In this document: positions 41,001-49,040 of the stretch, piece by piece
Layout: each line of letters begins with the position of its first letter
How positions within the stretch are numbered: position 1 is the first letter of the stretch
DNA from: Polyangiaceae bacterium
GTDB taxonomy: Bacteria; Myxococcota_A; Polyangia; Polyangiales; Polyangiaceae
Reading direction: 5' to 3'
Length of the DNA stretch: 64,000 bases
NCBI GenBank assembly: GCA_044376115.1
Contig: JBILLK010000010.1
Coordinates: 192,001 to 256,000 of the forward strand
Notes under the pieces: model-generated
What the model was told of the DNA's origin: nothing
What the model saw: only the letters and a program-made list of their open reading frames with translations
Databases searched by the model: none
Made by a program: the position numbers and the translations under genes

Positions 41001-41053
41001 CCCGCGGAGTTTTCGCCGTCTTCGGACTTCGGCCCGTCTGTTTCGTCGGCCAC
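35078..41053 (-). CDS. Giant (1991 aa) TPR-repeat protein with Pro-rich disordered N-terminus
   Basis: Many TPR-like helix pairs (A..AYE..L...P.N..AL..L pattern); C-terminal globular region. Confidence 0.85.
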   Translation of the reverse strand: MADETDGPKSEDGENSAGVEGGNNKPRPPRVAPTWGARQGADAAASKLRPPTAPGLGGPPRPAAALRPPGLIPPKSPSTANLPRTQLGVGADESSVPAKGKTLMYGSAPSAAATPAEVEPPAVSSAQPAEDAYTEIEDADAIAWDVEPGVLATSDAERTDVNQARAEAPRVSASRPPGSYSLRSTVERVRTRDAGPSVPPAGPVVASPAAGNSAALEAAVVEAVAEEPAQPVVLAPELGSPASRRPEAERHVVAATQTRADSMPPPSGTQNPLDQELKARADRLVREDPQGAAHAHVELGLLCEWVLGDRARAEKHYESARQIERALPSAASRLRRLLALTPESLTVLADEIALAETDAAKGALYATAARLHEARNDFAAAREAYEDSLRFAPRNAAALQGLEVVLRREYALEPKKFGAALAEHLQTWADACAPDGAGGDAILAAWLLVERAHILERTLADVPAARVALTRAVALAPNPGPVRGAMLRHLARNDRDGGLAEALRVEGEREGDAERTARLNYAAARILLDRNVARGDGVAALFRAESCVSSGSLTQERVFAELLRQLEQDNDFARIVDIRVKRLGLLSKREAIGFEYVRLADAYGRLGRADLAADASARALASDPTNRSVRESLDQSLQRMGRHAERVRMWLLAANSERPTRERLQSYLRASDIASRHLNQDDQAVDALRGAWMLSPGHGTTFDGLVGLLRPHRATAEIAKISEQRVDLYEQAAAVESDREHKLALLEKVLVLWEDELDRPDRAISVAERMLAIEPGRRSALIALARNARRAKDTDKLLFALGEEASRTSDVELRVRLLLEAAEVADYKNEIDKSLLLIDKALVARPNDIDGCRARVRALRKLNRHDDARKTLMSLVANDADAAFETLLEVADLDESFRKAPGDAVEAYRAAQRLRPAHPLPTLSLVRLLRQTRNHKRLVTELKSMAREEAEPRALAQLHMMAAEVEEHCLGDDEAALRSLAACDEALQAAPEPAWDSTVFESTERILFRLGDDAGLMRLYAKWLERKPPAAIDHTLRVGLAFALEETSPAQASEVLDALVTVVPKHVPALRRLVHLRRTLGEAGPLSNLLFAQGSVLGARVARAGALWEVVNLEERVGPAHTLEALSRIIREDPADVGALDALIRVASRLVNNVSVPHPALLAARGQLLAALRARRELTIDPISRAAYHIEEATLLEFAEVDRDPARALEGYREALLLWPTSTLAARGLERLGSELADHRAVVQSQLALAKLTPKAEEKAALYVRAADLTSAQLRDDLAALELFELALDTDPENRDAAHALNAMLVNEPRRLIERFRDSFDRMSVPAQVAFVGAELAQAYLRIHRSEGDAARLDYGPAISAIRRAMDAKGEELGSLFVLSGLYNAQKAWGESRETLQRIVELSQNSEKKERLTALFALVDLFEGPLADTALAEATLVNILKQDATHKLALERLHALAVRTGDKALARSSLERLAECETDLAQRTEYQLRVAEVCREANDGAGMLRALSDAVVSTPNDVRPFTVLTRLYRAETHDGALGLAHALEQILEMAKARRRPLEARWLYTLGLLELNLLKRINEGLAHLQTAIGAASVVQPTLGQSSPLVELRAALGLGLLSAGRTKDAVLVLRELLTTDSDTLVRLLEPSAFNTVRSACVAATGSILSAVLACLDAALATDGRADEKLPVEELRALLGEVSGERLAKLRTRRLEPDAPFANALGPKELSGFLFSEARTPFIEVAVAIQAIVPKVLGFTLSSFGIASRDRVNARDGHPSRVLLDRVARAFGVSEYEFYLSANWTGPARVIAGDPPAIVASASIAELPEGEQVFTFARLVARIALGLTFIDDVPPEGVDGLLTSAMRSIFPQWGLGELSPQREHSLAASLAPMQRAIGRVQRKLLQERAQGISAALNPQGFVSAVRRSELRVAYALSGDLLGGIEVLRWVEPELARTGDTARFLLGHPVANELIRFALTQDAYVERRKLGVVWGSAQG

Positions 41054-41218
41054 GGTGCAATCCTACAGGTTGTCTTTCGAAAGCGGGCAATCGACGAGCG
41101 ACATGCTGCTCATTGCGAAGCTCTCGTGGGGTGAAGATTCCACGCGCCGTCCCGTACGGAACGAACAATCCAGTGTTACTGCTGAGCCAGTTGAGCGCTC
41201 AGCCGTGGAGCCGGCAGC

Positions 41219-42010
41219 TCACTGGGTCCAACGAACGAGCACGCAGGTAACGTTGTCGGGGCCACCGTTCTCGTTGGCTCGCTCGATCAACTTGGCAGCA
41301 GCTGTCTTCAGATCTGCGTGGGCACCGAGTACCTGCGCGATCTCTTCGTCGGTCACCGGACCGGAGAGACCGTCCGAGCAAAGAAGGAACGTGTCGTTCG
41401 ACTGCGGCACCTCGAAGCGCGTATCCACCTTGACGGTGTCTTTCATACCGAGGGCGCGCACGATCACGTTCTTGTGCGGGAAGTTGGCGATCTCTTCCTC
41501 GGTGAGCCGCTTCATCTTGATGTAGTCATTGAGCAACGAGTGATCGTCCGTCAGCAAGTCGAGCTTGCCCTGGCGGAAGCGGTAGACCCGACTGTCCCCG
41601 ACGTGGGCTGCGTAGACACCATCATTGGCAGCGAACAAGCCGACGATGGTGGTACCCATGTTGCGCTTCTTCAGCTCACGTTGGCCCGTCTCGTAGATGC
41701 GCAGATTGGCGAGCTTGATGCCAGTGATGAGACGGTTTTCCTCGTAGCCCTTGGAGCGATCCATTTTGTAGGGCCACGTCCGCTCGGGGTCGTGCTGGGT
41801 CGCGGCGAAGAACTCCCGCAGAGCATCCAGCGCCATCTGCGATGCAACCTCGCCCGATGCGTGACCGCCCATTCCGTCAGCAACGACGAACAGGCCGTAG
41901 TCCGGCATGATGGAGAAATTGTCTTCGTTGTGGTTGCGCTTGCGGCCGACGTTGGTCTCGCCCGCAACCTCAATTCGGTATTTGGAGTGAATGCTTCCGT
42001 GCACGGTCAT
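41219..42010 (-). CDS. PP2C/Stp1-family Ser/Thr protein phosphatase
   Basis: VGRKRNHNED, VVADGMGGH, AHVGDSRVY, DHS, LLCSDGL, GGPDNVT. Confidence 0.95.
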   Translation of the reverse strand: MTVHGSIHSKYRIEVAGETNVGRKRNHNEDNFSIMPDYGLFVVADGMGGHASGEVASQMALDALREFFAATQHDPERTWPYKMDRSKGYEENRLITGIKLANLRIYETGQRELKKRNMGTTIVGLFAANDGVYAAHVGDSRVYRFRQGKLDLLTDDHSLLNDYIKMKRLTEEEIANFPHKNVIVRALGMKDTVKVDTRFEVPQSNDTFLLCSDGLSGPVTDEEIAQVLGAHADLKTAAAKLIERANENGGPDNVTCVLVRWTQ

Positions 42011-42113
42011 CCAAGGCGGTGCGTAGGCCCACGCGGGTTAACAAAACGGAGCCGAGTGGCTCGCGGAGCAGAAAACGAAAGACACCGGATGGTCAGCTGC
42101 GGCGAGCCGACTG

Positions 42114-43025
42114 TCAACTCAAACCCGGGAGCTTGAGTCGTGGCGGCGCAATCGCGACGCCGTCGGCCGTCCACTTATAGAAGCCTTCACCGGTCTTTTT
42201 GCCAAGCCGACCTGCCCGCACCATCTGGCGGAGGAGCGACGGCGGCCGAAACTGTTCGCCGAGCTCTCGATGGAGGTGCTCCAAGATCCCCAGCCGAACG
42301 TCCAGCCCGACCAGGTCCCCGAGCTTGAGCGGCCCCATCGGGTGGCGATAACCGAGTTCCATCGCCCGATCGATGTCTTCAACCGAAGCCACCCCCGACT
42401 CGAGCATTCGAATGGCTTCGCAACCGAGCGCGACACCGAGCCGGCTGGTTGCAAATCCGGGGCTGTCATTGACGACGATCGGCGTCTTCTTGAGCGCGCT
42501 CGCGAGCTCGAGAGCCCGCGTGAGCGTCGCTTCTTCGGTCCCTACGCCACGAACGATCTCGAGCAGCTCCATCACCGGTGGAGGATTGAAAAAGTGCAGA
42601 CCAACGGTGCGGCCCGGGATGCCTAGGCGTGTACCGATCTCGGTGATGGATAGGCTCGACGTATTCGACCCAACGATCACACTGGACGGCGACTTCGCGA
42701 GCACCTCGCTGAGCACCGAGATCTTGAGCTCCATACGCTCGGGGATCGCCTCGATGCAGAGGTCGATCCCGTCGCAGGCTTGCTCCAAGCTGCTCGTCTT
42801 CACCAAGTTCGAGAGCAGCGCCGAACGCGCCGCCTCGCTCAGCTTGCCCTTTTCGACGACACGCTGGGTCACCGACCCGATCGCTTTGATCGCCGACTCT
42901 ACCTTGGCGTTATCAACGTCAAAGAGCCGGGCTTCCATACCCGCGCCGGCCACCACCTGCGCGATGCCCTGCCCCATCGTCCCGGTGCCGAGCACCAACA
43001 CCTTCGAGAACGGTGACGCACTCAC
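42114..43025 (-). CDS. 3-hydroxybutyryl/3-hydroxyacyl-CoA dehydrogenase
   Basis: GTGTMGQGIA, IEAIPE, SNTSSLSIT, GLHFFNP, DSPGF, HPMGP, GRLGKKTGEGFY. Confidence 0.93.
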   Translation of the reverse strand: MSASPFSKVLVLGTGTMGQGIAQVVAGAGMEARLFDVDNAKVESAIKAIGSVTQRVVEKGKLSEAARSALLSNLVKTSSLEQACDGIDLCIEAIPERMELKISVLSEVLAKSPSSVIVGSNTSSLSITEIGTRLGIPGRTVGLHFFNPPPVMELLEIVRGVGTEEATLTRALELASALKKTPIVVNDSPGFATSRLGVALGCEAIRMLESGVASVEDIDRAMELGYRHPMGPLKLGDLVGLDVRLGILEHLHRELGEQFRPPSLLRQMVRAGRLGKKTGEGFYKWTADGVAIAPPRLKLPGLS

Positions 43026-43459
43026 GGCGGAACCATTCGGAAGGGAGCGGAGGGCGCCCCGGCCGGACGAGCAGAGCCCGGCGCTCGAGCCGAAGGAACC
43101 GCGCCAGCGCTGGGGGCGCCTGCGCGCGGCGGAAGCGCTGTCGGCCGAGGCCTGCGAGCCTTGTCGAGGTCCGCCGACGCAGCGGCGGGCGCCTTGGCCG
43201 CAGGGGCTGCAGCGGACGGCTTTGCAGAGGCCGACGTTGCGCCCGCTTTGGCGTCAGAGGTTTGCCCTACCAAGAAGTAGACGGCGAAGACCAGGAACAG
43301 ACAGCCTCCGACGATCGGCACCCACGAGGGTGTCATCGGCTCACCGGCTGCGAGTTCTTTCGCCGGCGAAGGATCGAAGTCGTCGTGATGAGCGTGGTCG
43401 TGGCCATCCGCCCCGTGGGCGTCGGCTTTGTGAGCATCGTGCGCGTGGTCGGCACTCAT
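43022..43459 (-). CDS. Small membrane protein with His-rich N-terminus
   Basis: DHAHDAHKADAHGADGHDHAHHDD, one TM helix, Pro/Ala-rich tail; GTGA overlap with the dehydrogenase. Confidence 0.7.
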   Translation of the reverse strand: MSADHAHDAHKADAHGADGHDHAHHDDFDPSPAKELAAGEPMTPSWVPIVGGCLFLVFAVYFLVGQTSDAKAGATSASAKPSAAAPAAKAPAAASADLDKARRPRPTALPPRAGAPSAGAVPSARAPGSARPAGAPSAPFRMVPP

Positions 43460-43546
43460 AGGTGGGAGACGTTAAACCACGAACGCCCGCGGAAGGGAAC
43501 CAGCGCAACAAAGCTTGCCTGGAAGGAGCGAAGACGGCCGTTCGAA

Positions 43547-43581
43547 ATGGCAAAGGAGCGGAACAACCGCTCCTTTGCCAT
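43547..43581 (-). terminator. Perfect 15-bp hairpin after the anti-sigma/VIT gene
   Basis: ATGGCAAAGGAGCGG-AACAA-CCGCTCCTTTGCCAT, 23 nt downstream of the stop at 43604. Confidence 0.75.
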
Positions 43582-43603
43582 ACCGTGGCAGGTTCAGCTC
43601 AGC

Positions 43604-46600
43604 TTAGAACCCACCCCAGCCGCCGCCGTTGACCGGCACGAGTCGGGAAGTGAAGAAGACCCGCACCGTACCTACCTGACCGCGTGCCGCGTTCAGCGTG
43701 AACGGGATCTTTCGAGGTTCCCCGCCGGGCAAGGTCAGGGTGATCTCCCCGCTGACGGGCGGCAGCGTCCCTGAGCTGCTCTTCGCGCGGACCACCTCGA
43801 GCGTGTAGTTGCCCGAAGAGAGGTTGGTGAATCCTAGCGACTCACCCGAGAAGCTCGAGGCGTCCTTGGAGCTGACCGAGACGTTCTGAACCGTCGACCC
43901 GAGCCACGAAAGACGCTTACCGTTCTTGTCGATCAAGGCGAAGTCCAGATCCGTGCCCTGATTCCAGGTCGCGGAGATGCGCAGGTCGCCCGCGACCGTG
44001 GGCACGGTGTTGAGCTTCGCGCTGCGGGCCGCGATATCGATCTTGTCGCGCAGGGTCGAAGGGGCGTTGTCACGGAAGGCCGATGAGAGGTTCGACAGGC
44101 CCTGGTCCTGCGAGCAACGAACGGCCTCGGCCACGCTGTTGACGTTCTCCGAGTCGATGTCGGCCAGCGCCATACGGTGCTGACAGGCGAGATCGCTCGC
44201 GCCCATCTGGCTGAAGGCGCCGATCAACCGCTTCTGGATACCCTTGTCGGAAGGCCGCACATCAGCGAGACCGGAAAGGATGCGGATGGCTCGTTCGCGA
44301 TCTCCGTTCATCGCCGCGAGGTCGGAGCGAGCAATCACGGCGTCGGCGTCGAGCGCGTCTCGCTGACTCCACTTTGCAACCACCTCGAGTGCCTCACCGA
44401 CTCGCCCGGAAGCGATCAGCGAGCGGTAAAGAGCGATGGTTCGGTCGCGACTATCAGGTTGCGACTTGGACGCATCTTCGGCTGTGCGTAGGGAGGCAGC
44501 CACCTCGTTGGCGAGCGCGTTGTCCGTTGAGAAGGACGCCTTGCGATCGAACACCTTCCGCATCGGAATCGAGTTGGGACGACGAGGTTGCCGGTTCCAG
44601 GATTGGTCGAACGGATCTCCCTGCGCGATCTCGAGCTGGGCCTTCTTCGACGTCGGCTTCGCGCGCGGCGGGGGACCGAAGGCGGGAGCTGCGGTAGGAG
44701 CGGGAGCAGGAGCCGAAGCATTACCTGAACCACCCATCCCACGACCTACACCAAACCCAGGGCTGGGCTCGGCGGCCGGCGCATCGCCGAATTCCATCGA
44801 CTTGGAGCCTTTCGACTCGCGGTCGCGATCGAGGAGCCCTGCGGCCACCTCATCCTTCGCTTCTTCGGCTTCGCCCTCGGCGTTCGCGCTCTCGCTCGAA
44901 GCCTGTTGCTCGCCGGTGAACACCTCATCGATGCCGTTGCGCTCCAGACCGAAGGCTTTGAACATCGCCGCGCTCTCGAGCACGATCATCGAGGTGTGCT
45001 TGCTCGCGACGTTGAACTGCTTGGACAACGCCACGATGCGCGTCTTGTCGTCAGCCCGTCCGACCGCTTCGAGGTCGGCGATCTTCGCGGCGGCGAACAT
45101 ACGCGGTACGAAGGCATTTCCAGCACTGGAGGAGGCCAGCACCTTCGCGGGGAACGTCTGCTCGAACTTCTCCGTGCCGATGCGACCGCGCACCACCACG
45201 TTGCCCTCGACCTGCTTGCCGCCGTGCATGCGGGCAAACACGAAGGCCTCACCGCCCGCGGGGATCGGGTCGAGTCGTTGCGGGGTGACCTCGGAGAGGC
45301 CGGGCGGGAGCTCGACCTCCACGTCGCTCAGCACCGAGCCGTAGGCAGCGGCCAAAACATCGACCGCCGCCGCATTGACACGCTGGCCGGGGACGTAGGG
45401 CACCATCACGCCGTTACCGCCGCGAGCCATCGCAGCGAGCGAGGTTGCGTCCGCATCGGAACCGAGCGCGACCGCGACCACCGAGCCGTCGCCCGAAGGC
45501 AGCGCATGGCGTACCGCGCTCTCGATCGTCGCAGCTTTGCCCGGGCCCACGGTAGGCGTGCCGTCGCCCAGGTAGATGATGCGCAGCTCTCGACCGCTCT
45601 TCGCGCCGGCGGCCGTGCGTGCAGCTTGAACAGCTGCCAAGAGGTTTGAACCGCCGTCGGGCTCGATCGTCCCGAGGAAGCTTTCGACCTGTTGTGCGGC
45701 TTCAGCGCTGGGCTCGCTCGGCAGAGGAAGCGTGCGCGATTGCGTCGCTCCCATCGGCTGGCAGGTCGTATCGCAGGCGAGCACCAGGAACTGATCCCGT
45801 CGGTCCATCTCGCGGACCATCGAGGCCGCCAAGCGAGTCGCCCGCGCAAACCGCTCACCAACCATCGAACGGCTCGAGTCGACCACGATCACGTGCAGCC
45901 GGTCTTTGCCCTCGGCGAAGCGCGGGAGCTTCGGTCGCAACGCCATCGCGACGTAAGGCGAGGCGTCATCGACGATGGACTTCGCTTCGATAGCGGCGTC
46001 CTTCGCGTTGACACCACCGACGGAAGGCGTCGTAGGAGCCTGCAACGCGAGCTTCTCCTTGGGCTGGGCGCTGACCCGTGAGGCCGGCATGTCGTAGGCC
46101 CAGCTGGTGAGCTCGGTGTCGCGGTTGGGGAGCGCGTACTCGACCGTGAGGTCACCTGCAGGGACGAAGTTCTTCTCCGCCAGCGTCAGCTTGTCTGCTC
46201 CCCCGCTCACGTCGCCTTTCGCGAGCTGATAGCCGCGCGTCTCGACACCGTAGGTTTTGTCGTGGCCGAGCAGCTGAACGTCTACGTTGAACTCGTCCAC
46301 CTTGATGTTACCCGTGCCATCGTGGGCGAGCGGGTACGTGAAGCGCCGCACGCCGTTCGATTGCGGCACCGTCTGCGTGTACGTGAGCACCACGCGCCGT
46401 GAGCCTTTCTTCGGAATGGGGAAGATGCGCAGCTCGAAGCGACCACCACGCTGCCACTCGAGCAGCGCAGGATCTCGCCACGGGCCAGGCACCCAGACGA
46501 TCTCTTCACGCGGCTTCGGTGCCTTCGGGGCAGCATTCTGAATAACACCGCGCCAGATGGCTGCACCGCGATCGCGATCGACGAAGGCGCCCTCCATCAA

Positions 46601-48280
46601 CTGGCCGTCCACTTCGAGCGCTAGCTTTTCAATCTGCGCACCGGGCGGCAACGGGAAGCGAAAGATGCCCTCGAGCTCCTCGTCGGTCTGGTTGGTGAAG
46701 ACCTCTTCCACCTCGGTACGGGCGACGAGATCGACCACGCGCACCTTCACGTTGTGCTTCGTCAACTTGACTGCACCGGCGCGCTCTTCCTGCGTGCCCG
46801 GCTTCTTCGCTCGGAGCTCGCCAAGCCCTTTGAGGGCCGGCGCATCGACGTCATCCGCACTCTCCGAGCTCCACTCGAGTACGTCGCTCAAGGTCGACTT
46901 GGAGGCAACCACCGGCTCACCGCGGTCGGCGATGGTGGCCTCTTCACCGGCGCGCACCTTGGCGGTGACACCGGAGTTGCTGGTCACCTCGACCTTGCCG
47001 CGCACCACTTCAACCGACGACCGTCGTTCGGTCACGGTGGCTGCCACCTTGGTGCCAACGAGCTTCACTTCACCCTGCGGTAGCTTGATCACCGCCGGCT
47101 CTTGCTCGGACTTCTCCTTCACCTCCGCGACCACCATGCCACGAGCGACCTCGAGCCGGCGCGACGCGCCGCCGGGCAACGTCACCTCCGAGTCGCGATC
47201 GATCGCCACCCACTCGCCGTCCGCGAGCTTCACACGAGCGCGCGTCTTGGAGTCGGTCTTGAGCGTGGAGCCCGCAGGGATCTCGCTACCTTGGGCCAAC
47301 TCAGTGCACTTGCTCCCTTGGCAAACCTCGAGCCCTCCGCTCTTGTCCGAGGAGGCGCGCGTAACGCTTGCGAGCGTGCCCTTCCAACCGCCGTCCTCGG
47401 TCGCGACCGAGTTGCGGTTCTCTTCCTGCTTGTTCACCAAGAACGCGCCAACCGCTGCGGCGGCCGCCATACCCCCCACCAGCGCGAAGGCGAAGCCCCG
47501 ACGACGGAACGGTGAAACCGTGGCGACCTGTCGCTGCGTCTTGGGTGCGGGTGAAGCGGGTTCGGCGGCGGCGCTGGGGCCTTCTGCCGAACTCGCCAAG
47601 GTGCGCGAAGACGGCCCGGAGTTGGTCACGAGCCCAGCCTGTTGCGGTCCGGTGTTGTTGCGACCAGTGGTCGCTTCCACGATCACTCCCGAGGCCGACG
47701 AATCGAGCGTTGGCCCAACCGGACTCGGGGCCGAATCTCCAGCTCGCAGCACGGCCGAAAGCGGAATCGTCTTGTTGGTGGGAACATACGGGTCGGCGAT
47801 CTCAGCGCCCGGCGCAGGCTCCCCAAAGAAGGTGGGAGCCTTCAGGATCGTTGCGTTCGTGTCCGCGGCGCTAGCCGTGGGCTCGGGGTTGACGACGCTG
47901 GCGGCTCGCGTCTCCGCGAGCGGCGCGAACTCAGTCGGCGCTGATGCAGAAACTTGGCGCGGGTCCTCAGCAACAGCACTTGGAGCCGGCACCACACCCG
48001 AGTTACGCGCGACGGAGCTAAGCGCTTGCGACGAAGCAGGACCATCAGGCCTCGCCTCGAGCACCAAACTCAACATGCGCTCGGCAAAGCCCGCGGACGG
48101 CTGAAAGTCCGCGCCGGCGTGCTGAATCGCGTCGATCACGCGCTCCGCTTCATACTTTACGTCTCGGCAGTGATCGCAGTCTGCGATGTGATCGGTGAGA
48201 CGAGAGGGCGCGAGACCGTCGAGGACACCCGCGACGGCGTCTTCGACCTCCAGACATTGTTCACTTTTGATCGTGCTCAT
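43604..48280 (-). CDS. Putative anti-sigma factor fusion: ZAS zinc motif, TM, FecR, VIT, vWA, TPR, DUF2135-like
   Basis: HIADCDHC (HxxxCxxC); TM GFAFALVGGMAAAAAVGAFL; FecR-like GSTLKTDSKTRARVKLADG...VGTK...VVRGKV; VIT ARTEVEEVFTN...LEGIFRFPLP...LEVDGQLMEG; MIDAS VVDSSRSM and YLGDG; DLRISATWNQGTDLDFAL. Confidence 0.85.
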   Translation of the reverse strand: MSTIKSEQCLEVEDAVAGVLDGLAPSRLTDHIADCDHCRDVKYEAERVIDAIQHAGADFQPSAGFAERMLSLVLEARPDGPASSQALSSVARNSGVVPAPSAVAEDPRQVSASAPTEFAPLAETRAASVVNPEPTASAADTNATILKAPTFFGEPAPGAEIADPYVPTNKTIPLSAVLRAGDSAPSPVGPTLDSSASGVIVEATTGRNNTGPQQAGLVTNSGPSSRTLASSAEGPSAAAEPASPAPKTQRQVATVSPFRRRGFAFALVGGMAAAAAVGAFLVNKQEENRNSVATEDGGWKGTLASVTRASSDKSGGLEVCQGSKCTELAQGSEIPAGSTLKTDSKTRARVKLADGEWVAIDRDSEVTLPGGASRRLEVARGMVVAEVKEKSEQEPAVIKLPQGEVKLVGTKVAATVTERRSSVEVVRGKVEVTSNSGVTAKVRAGEEATIADRGEPVVASKSTLSDVLEWSSESADDVDAPALKGLGELRAKKPGTQEERAGAVKLTKHNVKVRVVDLVARTEVEEVFTNQTDEELEGIFRFPLPPGAQIEKLALEVDGQLMEGAFVDRDRGAAIWRGVIQNAAPKAPKPREEIVWVPGPWRDPALLEWQRGGRFELRIFPIPKKGSRRVVLTYTQTVPQSNGVRRFTYPLAHDGTGNIKVDEFNVDVQLLGHDKTYGVETRGYQLAKGDVSGGADKLTLAEKNFVPAGDLTVEYALPNRDTELTSWAYDMPASRVSAQPKEKLALQAPTTPSVGGVNAKDAAIEAKSIVDDASPYVAMALRPKLPRFAEGKDRLHVIVVDSSRSMVGERFARATRLAASMVREMDRRDQFLVLACDTTCQPMGATQSRTLPLPSEPSAEAAQQVESFLGTIEPDGGSNLLAAVQAARTAAGAKSGRELRIIYLGDGTPTVGPGKAATIESAVRHALPSGDGSVVAVALGSDADATSLAAMARGGNGVMVPYVPGQRVNAAAVDVLAAAYGSVLSDVEVELPPGLSEVTPQRLDPIPAGGEAFVFARMHGGKQVEGNVVVRGRIGTEKFEQTFPAKVLASSSAGNAFVPRMFAAAKIADLEAVGRADDKTRIVALSKQFNVASKHTSMIVLESAAMFKAFGLERNGIDEVFTGEQQASSESANAEGEAEEAKDEVAAGLLDRDRESKGSKSMEFGDAPAAEPSPGFGVGRGMGGSGNASAPAPAPTAAPAFGPPPRAKPTSKKAQLEIAQGDPFDQSWNRQPRRPNSIPMRKVFDRKASFSTDNALANEVAASLRTAEDASKSQPDSRDRTIALYRSLIASGRVGEALEVVAKWSQRDALDADAVIARSDLAAMNGDRERAIRILSGLADVRPSDKGIQKRLIGAFSQMGASDLACQHRMALADIDSENVNSVAEAVRCSQDQGLSNLSSAFRDNAPSTLRDKIDIAARSAKLNTVPTVAGDLRISATWNQGTDLDFALIDKNGKRLSWLGSTVQNVSVSSKDASSFSGESLGFTNLSSGNYTLEVVRAKSSSGTLPPVSGEITLTLPGGEPRKIPFTLNAARGQVGTVRVFFTSRLVPVNGGGWGGF

Positions 48281-48301
48281 GACTTCGCTCCTTCAACTCC
48301 C

Positions 48302-48889
48302 TTAAACATCCGCCAAAGATTCTCGAAGCCGCACCAAGGCTCTGCTCACGCGCTTGCGCGCAGCGGCCTCATCGACCCCACAGGCCTCCGCGACTTCACG
48401 GAAGCTCAAGCCAGCGTCGTACCGAAGCACGACCGCCTCACGTTCACTGGGCTTCAACGCCGAGAGCGCCGACCTCGCGCGCACCGCTCGCTCGCGCTCG
48501 ATCGCTAGCTCGGTGGTGTCCAACCCTTTGCCGGTGTCATGCACCAACCGAAGCTTGGCTGCGCGTCGATGCTTCATCTCGTTGTGGCGCCCGCAGATCC
48601 TGCGCGCGATGCCGTAGAGCCACGAGCGCACAGTGCCCTCGAAGCGGAACGACGGAAACGCGTCATAGGCCGCGATCAGCGTCTCTTGCACCAACTCTTC
48701 CGCTTCGGCTTGCGAGCCGGTGAGCGCCATGCACAGCCGTCCGAGAGGGGCTGAATACGAGCGCGCACATTTCGCTAGTGCCGCCTTGTAGTCGCCCTGG
48801 GAGATCAGTTGCCCGATGACCTCTCCCTCGTCCGCTTTCGTTTCGGAGCGCGCTAGCGCTTTGACCATCTTAACCTCTCGATCGTGCAT
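48302..48889 (-). CDS. ECF sigma-70 factor
   Basis: Region 2 AEAEELVQETLIAAY...FRFEGTVRSWLYGIARR; region 4 LSALKPSEREAVVLRYDAGLSFREVAEACG...KRVSRAL. Start at 48889 or 48868. Confidence 0.93.
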   Translation of the reverse strand: MHDREVKMVKALARSETKADEGEVIGQLISQGDYKAALAKCARSYSAPLGRLCMALTGSQAEAEELVQETLIAAYDAFPSFRFEGTVRSWLYGIARRICGRHNEMKHRRAAKLRLVHDTGKGLDTTELAIERERAVRARSALSALKPSEREAVVLRYDAGLSFREVAEACGVDEAAARKRVSRALVRLRESLADV

Positions 48890-49040
48890 GTGACCTCGTG
48901 GTGGTCTTTCGTGACCGAATGCGCGCACGCCGCGTTCACCGGCAAAGACAGGTAAAGGAAACGGACAAAGAGCGGCCCGCCCCTTGCAAAGAGGGAGGTT
49001 AGCGGACAATCTCTATGCTGGTCCGTCCCAGGAGCTTCCA

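Noticed and set aside
46557..48104. 515-aa plus-strand ORF, and similar long antisense ORFs (e.g. 38710-40005, 39782-40774, 42373-43461)
   Set aside because: Antisense or alternate-frame shadows of well-supported genes, as expected in high-GC DNA; no recognisable motifs.
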